Positions 1 through 8,959 of a stretch of 64,000 bases of DNA are shown piece by piece. The DNA lies in NCBI GenBank assembly GCA_963677485.1, contig OY781964.1, positions 1,280,001 to 1,344,000 on the forward strand, read 5' to 3'. The stretch comes from Armatimonadota bacterium. Lineage in GTDB: Bacteria > Armatimonadota > HRBIN16. Under the pieces are notes generated by a model that saw only the letters and a program-made list of their open reading frames with translations, had not been told where the DNA came from and did no database searches. A program made the translations under genes and the position numbers. Position 1 is the first letter of the stretch, and each line of letters begins with the position of its first letter.

Positions 1-2
1 TC

Positions 3-611
3 AGCGGCATCACCCGGAGGTCACCAAAGGATGCATCTGGTGTGATCTCGCTGCGCACCAAAAAAGCGACCACCGCGCGATACATCACAGTGGCCATCGA
101 ACCTGATATCTGGCTGATGTTATCTGAGCTGCGGGTGAAAGGCAAGCAGGGTAATGTCGCCGTGAAGAGCTACCGAGTGACGCCGCGGCCCACCGCACAA
201 CCGGGCGGACAATATGTGGACGACGGACGCAAACTAACCGATGGCGTGGATTATGAGGCCCTGAACAGCGGTTTGGTAGGCTGGACCGGCAAAAGCACGC
301 GGGAGATCACCGTCGACCTGGGAGGTGTCCGCAGCACGCAGTCGTTCAGTGTGGTTGTGTTAAGCGATTTGTATTCCAGCAGGACGATGGCCGCTCCGGC
401 GAAGGTGGAGTTTGTGGTCTCGCCTGACGGCCAGCAGTGGAGCAACCCGTTACCCGCGGCCAAACAGCCTCAGATTAACCAAAACAGCCTGTTTGAGTAT
501 TCGGAGTACCGCGCCACCTGCCCTGCCGGTGCCAGTGCCCGCTACGTCCGAGCCGTCATCACCCCCAGCGGGGAGGAGCGCACGCTGGTCTCCGAAGTCG
601 CCGTGCGGTAG
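3..611 (+). CDS. 5'-truncated protein ending in a discoidin/F5-8 type C-like (galactose-binding-like) domain
   Basis: Frame is open from the window edge; motifs 'KLTDG', 'ITVDLG', 'VSPDGQQWS' and 'ARYVRA...SEV' are typical of F5/8C domains. Confidence 0.65.
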   Translation, partial: SGITRRSPKDASGVISLRTKKATTARYITVAIEPDIWLMLSELRVKGKQGNVAVKSYRVTPRPTAQPGGQYVDDGRKLTDGVDYEALNSGLVGWTGKSTREITVDLGGVRSTQSFSVVVLSDLYSSRTMAAPAKVEFVVSPDGQQWSNPLPAAKQPQINQNSLFEYSEYRATCPAGASARYVRAVITPSGEERTLVSEVAVR

Positions 612-711
612 GGGAGCACCTGCCCGTGCTGACACCGCAGCCCAGGCTGTAACTGGTCGTATGGACGCCCCTACGACCAGTTACTTGCGAGTGGATATAT
701 CGGTCCATTCC

Positions 712-1401
712 CTATTTTCGGCGTCGAAAGATATAGTTCGGAGAACCAGCTGTCTTTTCAGATGCGTAGCCCAGGTTGGACAGGAATTCTACAACGGCTT
801 CCTGACCCGTCTCCACCAGCAGAGTTGGTGAGTGCTCGGTCAGAATGCGCGTCATACCCTTCAATGCGGTCAGCTCGTGACCTTCGATATCCATCTTGAT
901 GAACGCAATCTGATGGTCGAATGTCAAACTATCGAGTGGCATGAGGTAGATACCAACATACTCGGGGTCGAGTTCCGCCTCAGGTATCTCATGCGACTCG
1001 AGTGTAGCCCAGCACGCCCAAGACTTTGTCTTCGACCGGGGTATCCTGATCATCGCCTCGTCGCTCTTTTCCGATACCGCCGCATTGAACAAGCTGATGT
1101 TCCTGTAGGAAGCATGATGCATATTGGCGACAAGTGTTTCAAAGGTATCGGGAACCGGTTCAAATGCAAAAACCCTTCCCGTTTTACCAACAAGCGTCGA
1201 CAAGCGGGCGGTATAGCGGCCATCGTTCGCACCGATATCTATCACCCAGTCACCATCATGCACAAATTCATGAAGGCGTTGGAACTCAGGCTCGGGTGAC
1301 GCGAATGTGCCCTTCTTAATGGACCGGCCATGCCGAACCCGTGTGATGGCCCTCCGAAGTGATTCCGGTAATTGAAAGTAAAGTACCCGCAAAAAACTCA
1401 T
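712..1401 (-). CDS. FkbM-family SAM-dependent methyltransferase
   Basis: 'VIDIGANDG', 'FAFEP', 'FIKMDIEGHE' motifs; start moved to ATG 1401, which follows a GGAGG RBS. Confidence 0.85.
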   Translation of the reverse strand: MSFLRVLYFQLPESLRRAITRVRHGRSIKKGTFASPEPEFQRLHEFVHDGDWVIDIGANDGRYTARLSTLVGKTGRVFAFEPVPDTFETLVANMHHASYRNISLFNAAVSEKSDEAMIRIPRSKTKSWACWATLESHEIPEAELDPEYVGIYLMPLDSLTFDHQIAFIKMDIEGHELTALKGMTRILTEHSPTLLVETGQEAVVEFLSNLGYASEKTAGSPNYIFRRRK

Positions 1402-1633
1402 AATAATCCTCCAGCAAGAGCCGTCGTTAATCCGTATCCAATCCGTGGTATAGATTAATGACCACAGATACCATCCATGGCGGAATCCCAAATCCATTAT
1501 GCCATATACCTGATCTGGCCAAACCACGGCAGCAGTACCATCGGTATCACCCTTCTGGCGAACACGCACCCTCTTCAGATTGGTGTATTCTATAAAAAGA
1601 GCTCATACCTTCCATTCAAGGAGAACATATACT

Positions 1634-4441
1634 ATGAATCCTTTCACAGGATCGTGGATTTGGTGCCTGGATACCCGCCCGAAGGTCAACCGCTGGGCCA
1701 GATTCGCAAAACAGTTCGATTACCGCGGCGGAGACGCCGTATTACACATTACCGCTGACAGCCGTTATATCCTATGGGTCAACGGCAGCTACCTGGGCGA
1801 GGGCCCTGCCCGCTGCTGGCCATGGGACTGGAGCTACGACAGCTACGACCTGACGCCCTACCTGCGGGCGAAGAACAACCGGATCGCCGTGCTGGTACAG
1901 CATCTGGGCACCGGCACGATGCAGTACATCCACGGACCAGAGGGGCTTCTGGCACAGCTTGAAATAGACCACCAGAGCCTGCCCACGGACGCAAGCTGGC
2001 TGGCGGCACCGGAGCTGGGAATGCTTCAGAACAGCAGCCGCCACGGCATCCAGCAGGGATACGAAGAGGTGTTCGATGCGCGCCTGACAGAGCTCAAATG
2101 GAGCTGCCCAGATCACAGCCTCTCCGGCTGGCAGCCCGCGGTGGAGCTGCGTTCTGCCGAGGACGGTCACCACGAAAACTTCATCCCCCGCGACATCCCA
2201 GCCATGACTCTGCAGCCTTATCTTCCAGTCAAGCTGGAAGCCGTGGAAGCGGTGAAGAGCCAAGGTTACCGCTTCAGTCTGAACCCGAAACCGATGCTGT
2301 TCCCGGAAGACGAGGCAGCAAACGGCTACTGGCAGCACTTCTATCTCTGCACACAGCTTTACAGCCCCGTTGATGGTGAGCTGAAGCTGGCCCCCGTGAG
2401 CTATTATCCCCACGCCATCAAGGTGAATGGCGTGCTGATGGAAAACAACGTCGCCCCGCTGAAAGCCGGCTGGAATGGCTTGATGATGAAGTATCGCTGC
2501 ATGATGCATCATCCCACCCACCAGATCACCCTGACAGGACCTAATGGCCTGAAGTTCGCGGCATATGGTGATCAGGGTGGTGATGAGTTGATGCTGGTGG
2601 GCAACTTCTTCGGCAAGCCTGAAGAGATGACCGGTCCTGGCTTCCACGACTTCGCTCCGAAACCAGTCGGTCTGCCCAGCGTGGAAGAGGGCGAAGCGGT
2701 CTGGGATTCCGGCGATGCACTGGCAGCCGCTAAGAGCTCCTACGCTCAACATATCCCTGAGCACCTGATGACCCGCATCGACCCCTCCGCTCAGTTCTAT
2801 ATGGACGAGGTGCTGGGCGATACGCAGCTTGGTGACCCTGAGGGCTTCATCAACGGCAACCAGTGGGTCACCGTGCCAGCGGGCACCGATACGCGCATCA
2901 CACTGGACTTCGGCAAGGAGCTTCTGGGTCTGCTGCAGTTTGATGTCATCGCCGCCGAAGGCACCGTGCTGGATGTGATGTTCTTCGAGTATATCGCGCC
3001 CGACGGCCGCCGCGACTGGTGCGACTGGTGCAGCCATGCACTGCGATACGTGTGCGTGGACGGCCGCCAGAGTTACACCGCCACCCACCGCAAGGGGATG
3101 CGCTATGCGGCCATCACCATCCGTGGCGCCGCCAAGCCGGTGCTGCTGCGGGGAGTGAAGATGCTTTTCCAGGGCTACCCGCAGGCGCGACAAGGCAGCT
3201 TCCAGTGCGCCGACGGCAAGCTGAACGCCATCTGGGAGGCCGGCGCACACAGTCTGCGCTGCTGCGCGGAGGACACCTACACCGACTGCCCCACTTTTGA
3301 GCGCGTGCATTGGGTGGGCGATGCCCGCAATGAGGCTCTGGTGGACTACACCGTGAACGGCGACCCCCGCCTGTGGCTGCACTGCGTGAAGCAGATCGCG
3401 GGCAGTCTGCACCGCTCACCCATCGTGGAATCGCATGTGCCCAGCGACTGGTGGAACATCCTGCCGGCCTGGACGGCGCTTTGGATGCGCATGTGCGTGG
3501 AGTATTACCAGTTCACGGGCGACTCAACCGGTGCCCGCGAGCTGATGGTCAGCTTGAAGAAGAACCACGAGGGCATCGAGCAGTTCGTGCGTGAGGACGG
3601 GCTGATTGAGATCACCGGCTGGAACATGTTCGACTGGGCACCGATGGACACACCGTCTACCGGTGCGGTGGTCACGCACATCTGCTGCTTCTTCGTGCTG
3701 GCTCTGCGCGATGTGGCACATCTCGCACATCAACTGAACGACAACGCGTTTGCCGACAACTGCACGGCTCTGGCAGACCGCATCAAGCAGGCGGTCAATG
3801 CCAAACTCTGGAACGAAGAGAAGCAGGCCTACACCGACTGCCTGCGCCCCGAGGGCCAGAGCAAGGTGTTCAGCCAGCAGACCCAAACCGTGGCCGCCTC
3901 CTCAGGCGTCGCCGAGGGCGAGCGCGCGACCCGCTGCCTCAGCATCATCCACAACCCGCCGGAGGGCTTTGTGGTCAGCGGCAGCCCCTTCTACGAGTTC
4001 TTCCTGCTGGAAGCGCTGCAGAGCGAGGGCAAGGATCAGGCCTTCATCGACCGCATCCGCAACGACTGGGGCTTCATAATCGACGCCGGTGCCACCACCT
4101 TCTGGGAGATGTTCAGCGGCACGGGCTGGATCAACAACGACACCTCGCGCGTGACCCGCAGCTTCTGCCATGGATGGTCGGCGGCCCCCACCTTCTTCCT
4201 GACCAACTGGGTGCTGGGCGTGCGACCGCTGGAGCCCGGTTTCAAGAAGATGGTGATTGAGCCCCATGCCGGTGACCTGCTGTGGAGCCGCGGCACCGTG
4301 CCCACGCCGCACGGGGTGGTGAACCTGAACTGGGTGAACGAGCCCGGCAAACCGATGCGCCTCACCGCGAAGATCCCGCAGGCCATCGAGTTTGAGCTCC
4401 GCCTGCCCGAAGGCGCCACGACCGACATCAGCCGGTTTTAA
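1634..4441 (+). CDS. Alpha-L-rhamnosidase-like glycoside hydrolase (GH78)
   Basis: 'ITADSRYILWVNG', 'LDFGKE', 'TDCPTFER..WVGDA', 'GATTFWE', 'SFCHGWS' motifs; ATG 1634 follows AAGGAG. Confidence 0.88.
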   Translation: MNPFTGSWIWCLDTRPKVNRWARFAKQFDYRGGDAVLHITADSRYILWVNGSYLGEGPARCWPWDWSYDSYDLTPYLRAKNNRIAVLVQHLGTGTMQYIHGPEGLLAQLEIDHQSLPTDASWLAAPELGMLQNSSRHGIQQGYEEVFDARLTELKWSCPDHSLSGWQPAVELRSAEDGHHENFIPRDIPAMTLQPYLPVKLEAVEAVKSQGYRFSLNPKPMLFPEDEAANGYWQHFYLCTQLYSPVDGELKLAPVSYYPHAIKVNGVLMENNVAPLKAGWNGLMMKYRCMMHHPTHQITLTGPNGLKFAAYGDQGGDELMLVGNFFGKPEEMTGPGFHDFAPKPVGLPSVEEGEAVWDSGDALAAAKSSYAQHIPEHLMTRIDPSAQFYMDEVLGDTQLGDPEGFINGNQWVTVPAGTDTRITLDFGKELLGLLQFDVIAAEGTVLDVMFFEYIAPDGRRDWCDWCSHALRYVCVDGRQSYTATHRKGMRYAAITIRGAAKPVLLRGVKMLFQGYPQARQGSFQCADGKLNAIWEAGAHSLRCCAEDTYTDCPTFERVHWVGDARNEALVDYTVNGDPRLWLHCVKQIAGSLHRSPIVESHVPSDWWNILPAWTALWMRMCVEYYQFTGDSTGARELMVSLKKNHEGIEQFVREDGLIEITGWNMFDWAPMDTPSTGAVVTHICCFFVLALRDVAHLAHQLNDNAFADNCTALADRIKQAVNAKLWNEEKQAYTDCLRPEGQSKVFSQQTQTVAASSGVAEGERATRCLSIIHNPPEGFVVSGSPFYEFFLLEALQSEGKDQAFIDRIRNDWGFIIDAGATTFWEMFSGTGWINNDTSRVTRSFCHGWSAAPTFFLTNWVLGVRPLEPGFKKMVIEPHAGDLLWSRGTVPTPHGVVNLNWVNEPGKPMRLTAKIPQAIEFELRLPEGATTDISRF

Positions 4442-4485
4442 GGCTGAGATTGCCTGGGCGTCCGATGGACGTCCAGGCGTGCATG

Positions 4486-5496
4486 TTAACTGCCGGTTGT
4501 TCTCGCTGCAGATTTTGGATTTATCGGTAGCAACAAATCCAGTTGCATATCATTCGGCTCGGTTTTATCCAAATCCACACGATTGATATAGTTCAGTTGT
4601 TCCTCAAGCCAGCCCCACATATTGTGTTCGCCCCAATCGCTATTGCCACGGTAATCGTATTGGCTCTGCGCCACCCATTTGAACAACCATTCCCATTCTT
4701 CAAACGCGCCTATTGGAATCATATGAGCGGCGTAGAGTCCTCCCTCCAAATGCTTTTTTACAAGCGGCTCTGCTACAGCAAAATCTTCGGGAATGGTGAC
4801 CCACATTTCATAACCGTGGTGATTGGTTTCGTCAACTGGGTTTGGTGCGTTAAATCCAAAATGCCGCAGGTCAGGTTTTATTACGGTTAGATTGCTGTCA
4901 CGAACAAAGGCGTCCACTACTTGATGACAGCGTTCTTCCGGGTCGTCGCCTTCATACTGGTAAGCAGCTACGGCAGCAGGTGGCAGGTAGATAATCCGCA
5001 CATCGCGGTCGGTCAGTTTGTTCAGCCTCTCGCTTGCGGATTGCAAATCCGCGACTGTCTTATCCTCTTTGAGCGGCATTTTCTGCACCGTCAGTGCGTC
5101 CACCGCTTTCAGCAGAGCGGTATCGTTTAGTAGGTTTAGCTTGATATCTTGATGAATACTCTCATTCAGTCGTGTGATGAAATTGCTGATGATATTACGG
5201 ATGGTGGACAGCGCAGTTATTTCGCCATCCAATTCGGCGAGGTTTTGCCGGAAAGCGTCGATGATGGCAGACGTGTTTTCACTCTGCAAGATGACTCCGA
5301 TTTGCTTGAGCGGAATCCTCAATTTACGCAGCACAAGAATTTGCTGCAGGCGATTGACAGTAGCTTCATCAAACGTTCGGTAGGCGTAGTCATCTTTCTT
5401 GACGCTCTCGATTAACCCGATTTGCTCATAGTAGCGCAATGTTCGGGTAGAGATACAGAGTCCTTTCGAGATTTCGCTGATAGTGATTAGGTTCAT
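4486..5496 (-). CDS. MerR-family regulator with C-terminal GyrI-like effector-binding domain
   Basis: N-terminal 'TISEISK..ISTRTLRYYEQIGLI' HTH, coiled coil, C-terminal 'GYEMWVTIP...EGGLYA'. Confidence 0.85.
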   Translation of the reverse strand: MNLITISEISKGLCISTRTLRYYEQIGLIESVKKDDYAYRTFDEATVNRLQQILVLRKLRIPLKQIGVILQSENTSAIIDAFRQNLAELDGEITALSTIRNIISNFITRLNESIHQDIKLNLLNDTALLKAVDALTVQKMPLKEDKTVADLQSASERLNKLTDRDVRIIYLPPAAVAAYQYEGDDPEERCHQVVDAFVRDSNLTVIKPDLRHFGFNAPNPVDETNHHGYEMWVTIPEDFAVAEPLVKKHLEGGLYAAHMIPIGAFEEWEWLFKWVAQSQYDYRGNSDWGEHNMWGWLEEQLNYINRVDLDKTEPNDMQLDLLLPINPKSAARTTGS

Positions 5497-5541
5497 TTGG
5501 ATTCACCTCCGAATATAGTTCCGTTCACACAGACTATATTT

Positions 5542-5572
5542 AGTGTAAACTGCGACGTCGCGTCAAAGTCAA
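5542..5572 (-). promoter_or_regulatory. MerR-type sigma70 promoter with 19-bp spacer and dyad operator
   Basis: Minus strand: TTGACT (5572-5567), 19 bp, TACACT (5547-5542); spacer contains the palindrome GCGACGTCGC (5552-5561). Confidence 0.75.
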
Positions 5573-5898
5573 GGGGATTTTCTGCCCGCGATAAAAATAC
5601 AGAGCTGCCCGAAGGCAGTTGCATCCAACACGTGGTGAATATGGCCAGCTTTCTTGGAACGTCAGTTGCTATACGGATTTAGTAGATACTATAGTAGATG
5701 GGCGAATTTGACGGGGTCAGGTCACTGCGAGCGAAACGACACTGGCCGTCGACTAATGAACCACGCGATACAGAAACCAGCACATAAAGGTCGTAGTCAT
5801 CGTGGTGCAGGGGTTCTTTCTGTGCGGGTGACCATACCCATGCCCTTAGTGGCTGAGGTGTTTCGATTTCGTAATAACTCTCTTACGAGGTATATTCC

Positions 5899-7278
5899 AT
5901 GCCAACCATCCGACCCACAGACAACGGTAAGCCTTGCGTCAACCCATGCATGGGCTGGACGATGCACTTCTACAGCAATATCCCGACCAACTACGGCTCT
6001 CAGCTGGAACCCTCGGATACCGTGGCCGATTTTCCGGGCCTCAGCACCGTGTTTCTACGGATACCGTGGGCTTTCCTGGAGCCACAGGAGGGCCTTTTCA
6101 ACTGGGCGCTGCTGGATACCCCCGCTCAGCGATGGATATCTCAGGGCAAGAAGGTCGCCATAAGCCTGACCTGCAGCGAAAGCTGGCTCCGCTTTGCCAC
6201 CCCGGAGTGGGTATTCAAGGCGGGAGCCAAGTCGGTGAGCTTCAACATGGGCACAGGACCTTCGGCTGATGGCAGTTTGGTGGATCCGATTTTTGACGAC
6301 CGCATCTTTCTGAAGAAGCTGGAGGCTTTCCTGATGGCCGCCGGTGCACGCTACGACCAAAACCCGAATGTTGAGTTTGTGGATGTGGGCAGCTTTGGTC
6401 TTTGGGGCGAAGGGCACACCATGATGAGCAGCCATTTCCCGCAGAAACGCGTCATGAGCTGCCTGAAAAAGCACTTCGATCTGCACAAGAAAGCCTTCCC
6501 GAACACGCTGCTGTATATCAGCGACGACATCGCTGGACCAGAGACGCCGGGCTCTCACTTCCCAGAGACCGACCTTGCGCTAGCCATGGATATCGGCTTG
6601 CGCGACGACAGTATTCTGGTGCAGCCGCCGCCCAAAAGCTGGTTCCATGCTCAGATGGCGCAGGCCTTCTGGCCAAAGCATCCGGTGGTGCTGGAGCATG
6701 AGCACTACGGCGGTTCGCTGGCGCGCGGGGCCTGGAGTAAGCCGCTGCTGTTGAAGTCTGTAGAGGATTACCATGCCAGCTTCATAAGCATCCACTGGTG
6801 GCCGCGCATCGAGCTTGAGGGGAACAGGGATATCATCGAGCGCATCAACCTGCGGATGGGGTATCGGCTGCAACTGCGCAAGCTGAGCCTGCCCGATTCG
6901 GTAGCCATCGGAGAGTGGTTTGATGTGGAGAGCACATGGGCCAACGCTGGAGTGGCCCCCTGTTACCCGGGCGGCTTCATGGCACTGACGCTTAAGGATG
7001 AGAAGGGCGGCATCGTCTCCCTGATGGTGGATGAGGGGCTCGACATGCGCAGTCTTGCCGTGGCGGCACCTGGCCGTGCTCCCGAGACCAGCCATCAGGC
7101 ACGCTTTGCCGTGGGATTGGTTGCTCCCACCACCAAAGCTGGCACATACAGCCTGTGGGTGAGCGTGGGACAGCGTGACGGCACCCCGGTGATGGAGCTG
7201 CCACTGGATGGCTCCGATGGTGCTAAGCGTTACCGCATCGGGGAGCTGCAAGTCACCGGCACCCAAAAGGGCTGGTAA
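5899..7278 (+). CDS. DUF4832-type / beta-galactosidase-like GH-A TIM-barrel protein
   Basis: 'NPCMGW', 'LRIPWAFLEPQEG.FNW', 'GSFGLWGEGH', 'MGYRL', 'NAGVAPCY' motifs. Confidence 0.7.
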   Translation: MPTIRPTDNGKPCVNPCMGWTMHFYSNIPTNYGSQLEPSDTVADFPGLSTVFLRIPWAFLEPQEGLFNWALLDTPAQRWISQGKKVAISLTCSESWLRFATPEWVFKAGAKSVSFNMGTGPSADGSLVDPIFDDRIFLKKLEAFLMAAGARYDQNPNVEFVDVGSFGLWGEGHTMMSSHFPQKRVMSCLKKHFDLHKKAFPNTLLYISDDIAGPETPGSHFPETDLALAMDIGLRDDSILVQPPPKSWFHAQMAQAFWPKHPVVLEHEHYGGSLARGAWSKPLLLKSVEDYHASFISIHWWPRIELEGNRDIIERINLRMGYRLQLRKLSLPDSVAIGEWFDVESTWANAGVAPCYPGGFMALTLKDEKGGIVSLMVDEGLDMRSLAVAAPGRAPETSHQARFAVGLVAPTTKAGTYSLWVSVGQRDGTPVMELPLDGSDGAKRYRIGELQVTGTQKGW

Positions 7279-7296
7279 GCGAATCGACTACCTGCC

Positions 7297-7340
7297 GGGA
7301 TGGGGTGGACCAAACAATCTGTTGGGTCCGCCCCATCCCC
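7297..7340. repeat. Intergenic GC-rich palindrome (REP-like or terminator hairpin)
   Basis: GGGATGGGGTGGACCAAACA...TGTTGGGTCCGCCCCATCCC, just after the stop codon. Confidence 0.5.
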
Positions 7341-7850
7341 GCTGCCCGAAGAGGCTTCCATCGGCATATCCGGTTTTAATGCAGGATTCGCTATGGCGTT
7401 TAAAAGATGCCCCTTTTGTGGTAACCCATCGCATGTTCACTGCTCTATGCATCCGAAATTGCCCCTCAAATGACCGTCTACCCACTTCGATAGTTCCATT
7501 TCGGCGTTATCTAGACGAATTTTACGTAATTTCCGTTTTCGACCCCAAATAAATGAACTTATTCAGCCGCGCCATAGTCTGATTACCTGTAGAGTTCTAA
7601 AATGAGGTCTGGTAAGCTATACTTGAGCTTGTCAAGGTGGAGTTGTTATATTTGTTCTGGTGCTGAAAGACATCCGAAGTGTATGATGGGCATATCGGAT
7701 GAGGAGCGCACAGATGCAGGTAATCACTGACCGACGCAGTTTGCGAGTAACCTACCCCAACTGATACGAAAAGTAAACGGGAGGCGACGTCTTTTTTTAG
7801 AACAGTAGAAATATCCATTGCATCTGAGAAAAAACAATAGGAGAGATCGA

Positions 7851-8648
7851 ATGAAGCGTGCAGGTTTCACCCTTATCGAGCTGCTCGTAGTGATCGCGAT
7901 CATCGCGATCCTGGCAGCCATCCTGTTCCCTGTCTTCGCCCAGGCGCGCGAAAAAGCGAAACAGAGTGCCTGTTTAAGCAACATGAAACAGATGGGCCTG
8001 GCAATGCGGCTCTACGCTGATGACAACGATAGCGGATTTCCGGCTGTATATGATGATGAGTCCGATACTAACCAGGACGGTCGTCTTGATCGACAGGTTT
8101 GGTCAGACAAAATCTTCCCATACACCAAGTCCCGCAACATATTCGCTTGTCCCTCAATGCCGAACAAGTGCATTGACGCCGCTACAATAGCCTCATATGA
8201 GGCTGGCGGTATGACCCAGAAGTCCCTGGGCATGACCACCTACCATATGAATATGTGTCACAACTGGCATTTCCCAGAGGGCACCAACACCACCTCCGGT
8301 GCACCGGACTATATCTATCCAGTGACTGAAAATCAGGCCGCGAACCCCACTCAGACCATTGCCATCCTTGAAGGCAATACGACCATCGGTTGGTTCTGGT
8401 CACACTGGAACGGCGCCCACGCTGGATGGGAAAGAACAAGACAGAATAACGGCAAAACGGAACTGCTTAGCCAGGACGGCGGCTATGGGCTAGTCACCGC
8501 TTCACGCCACACCGACGGCATCAACATCGCTTTCATTGATGGCCATGCTGGATTTAAGAAGATGGTCGCTCTGACCTGCAACTTCGAGATGTGGAACTTC
8601 CGTGAGAAACCCGATACCTGGGGGTTCCCTGCCCCCTGCACCAACTAA
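7851..8648 (+). CDS. Prepilin-type N-terminal cleavage/methylation protein with DUF1559 and H-X9-DG motif (copy 1)
   Basis: '[32 protein letters not shown]' and '[14 protein letters not shown]'; ATG 7851 follows AGGAG. Confidence 0.9.
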   Translation: MKRAGFTLIELLVVIAIIAILAAILFPVFAQAREKAKQSACLSNMKQMGLAMRLYADDNDSGFPAVYDDESDTNQDGRLDRQVWSDKIFPYTKSRNIFACPSMPNKCIDAATIASYEAGGMTQKSLGMTTYHMNMCHNWHFPEGTNTTSGAPDYIYPVTENQAANPTQTIAILEGNTTIGWFWSHWNGAHAGWERTRQNNGKTELLSQDGGYGLVTASRHTDGINIAFIDGHAGFKKMVALTCNFEMWNFREKPDTWGFPAPCTN

Positions 8649-8666
8649 ATAGCCACCGCCGTTTCC

Positions 8667-8699
8667 AGGCCAGCCATCCTTCGGGAGGCTGGCCTTTTT
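8667..8699 (+). terminator. Rho-independent terminator
   Basis: AGGCCAGCC...GGCTGGCCT stem followed by a T-tract. Confidence 0.75.
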
Positions 8700-8959
8700 C
8701 GTTGGGGGAGCAAAGGAAAATAGGAGAGGAGGAGTAAAGGAGGAAAAAAAGCAGGCATCGCGGCGTGTCCAACTCGTCCTACTCATCTTAGGTGTCATAC
8801 CACACGGAGTTTAACGGACTATTCGGCAGAGATGATCGCGTGTGCCAAATCCCCTCCTAATCCACACCAGGTCTGTGATATAGTGCCAATAAGCGAGCCC
8901 ATTTGGACGCCAAACGCAGGTGCTGCCTACCAATGCGCACCACAGCCTGGAGAGTATCG

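Noticed and set aside
1772-3412. 546-aa antisense ORF
   Set aside because: Shadow of the GC-rich GH78 gene; no motifs and antisense-typical composition
5690-5890. Possible riboswitch upstream of the DUF4832 gene
   Set aside because: No recognisable aptamer consensus; an Rfam search would be needed
7640-7800. Possible riboswitch or hammerhead in the prepilin leader (CATCCGA/TCGGATG stem, CTGATACGAAA, T-tract)
   Set aside because: Core consensus motifs are not met and the structure is not convincing by eye
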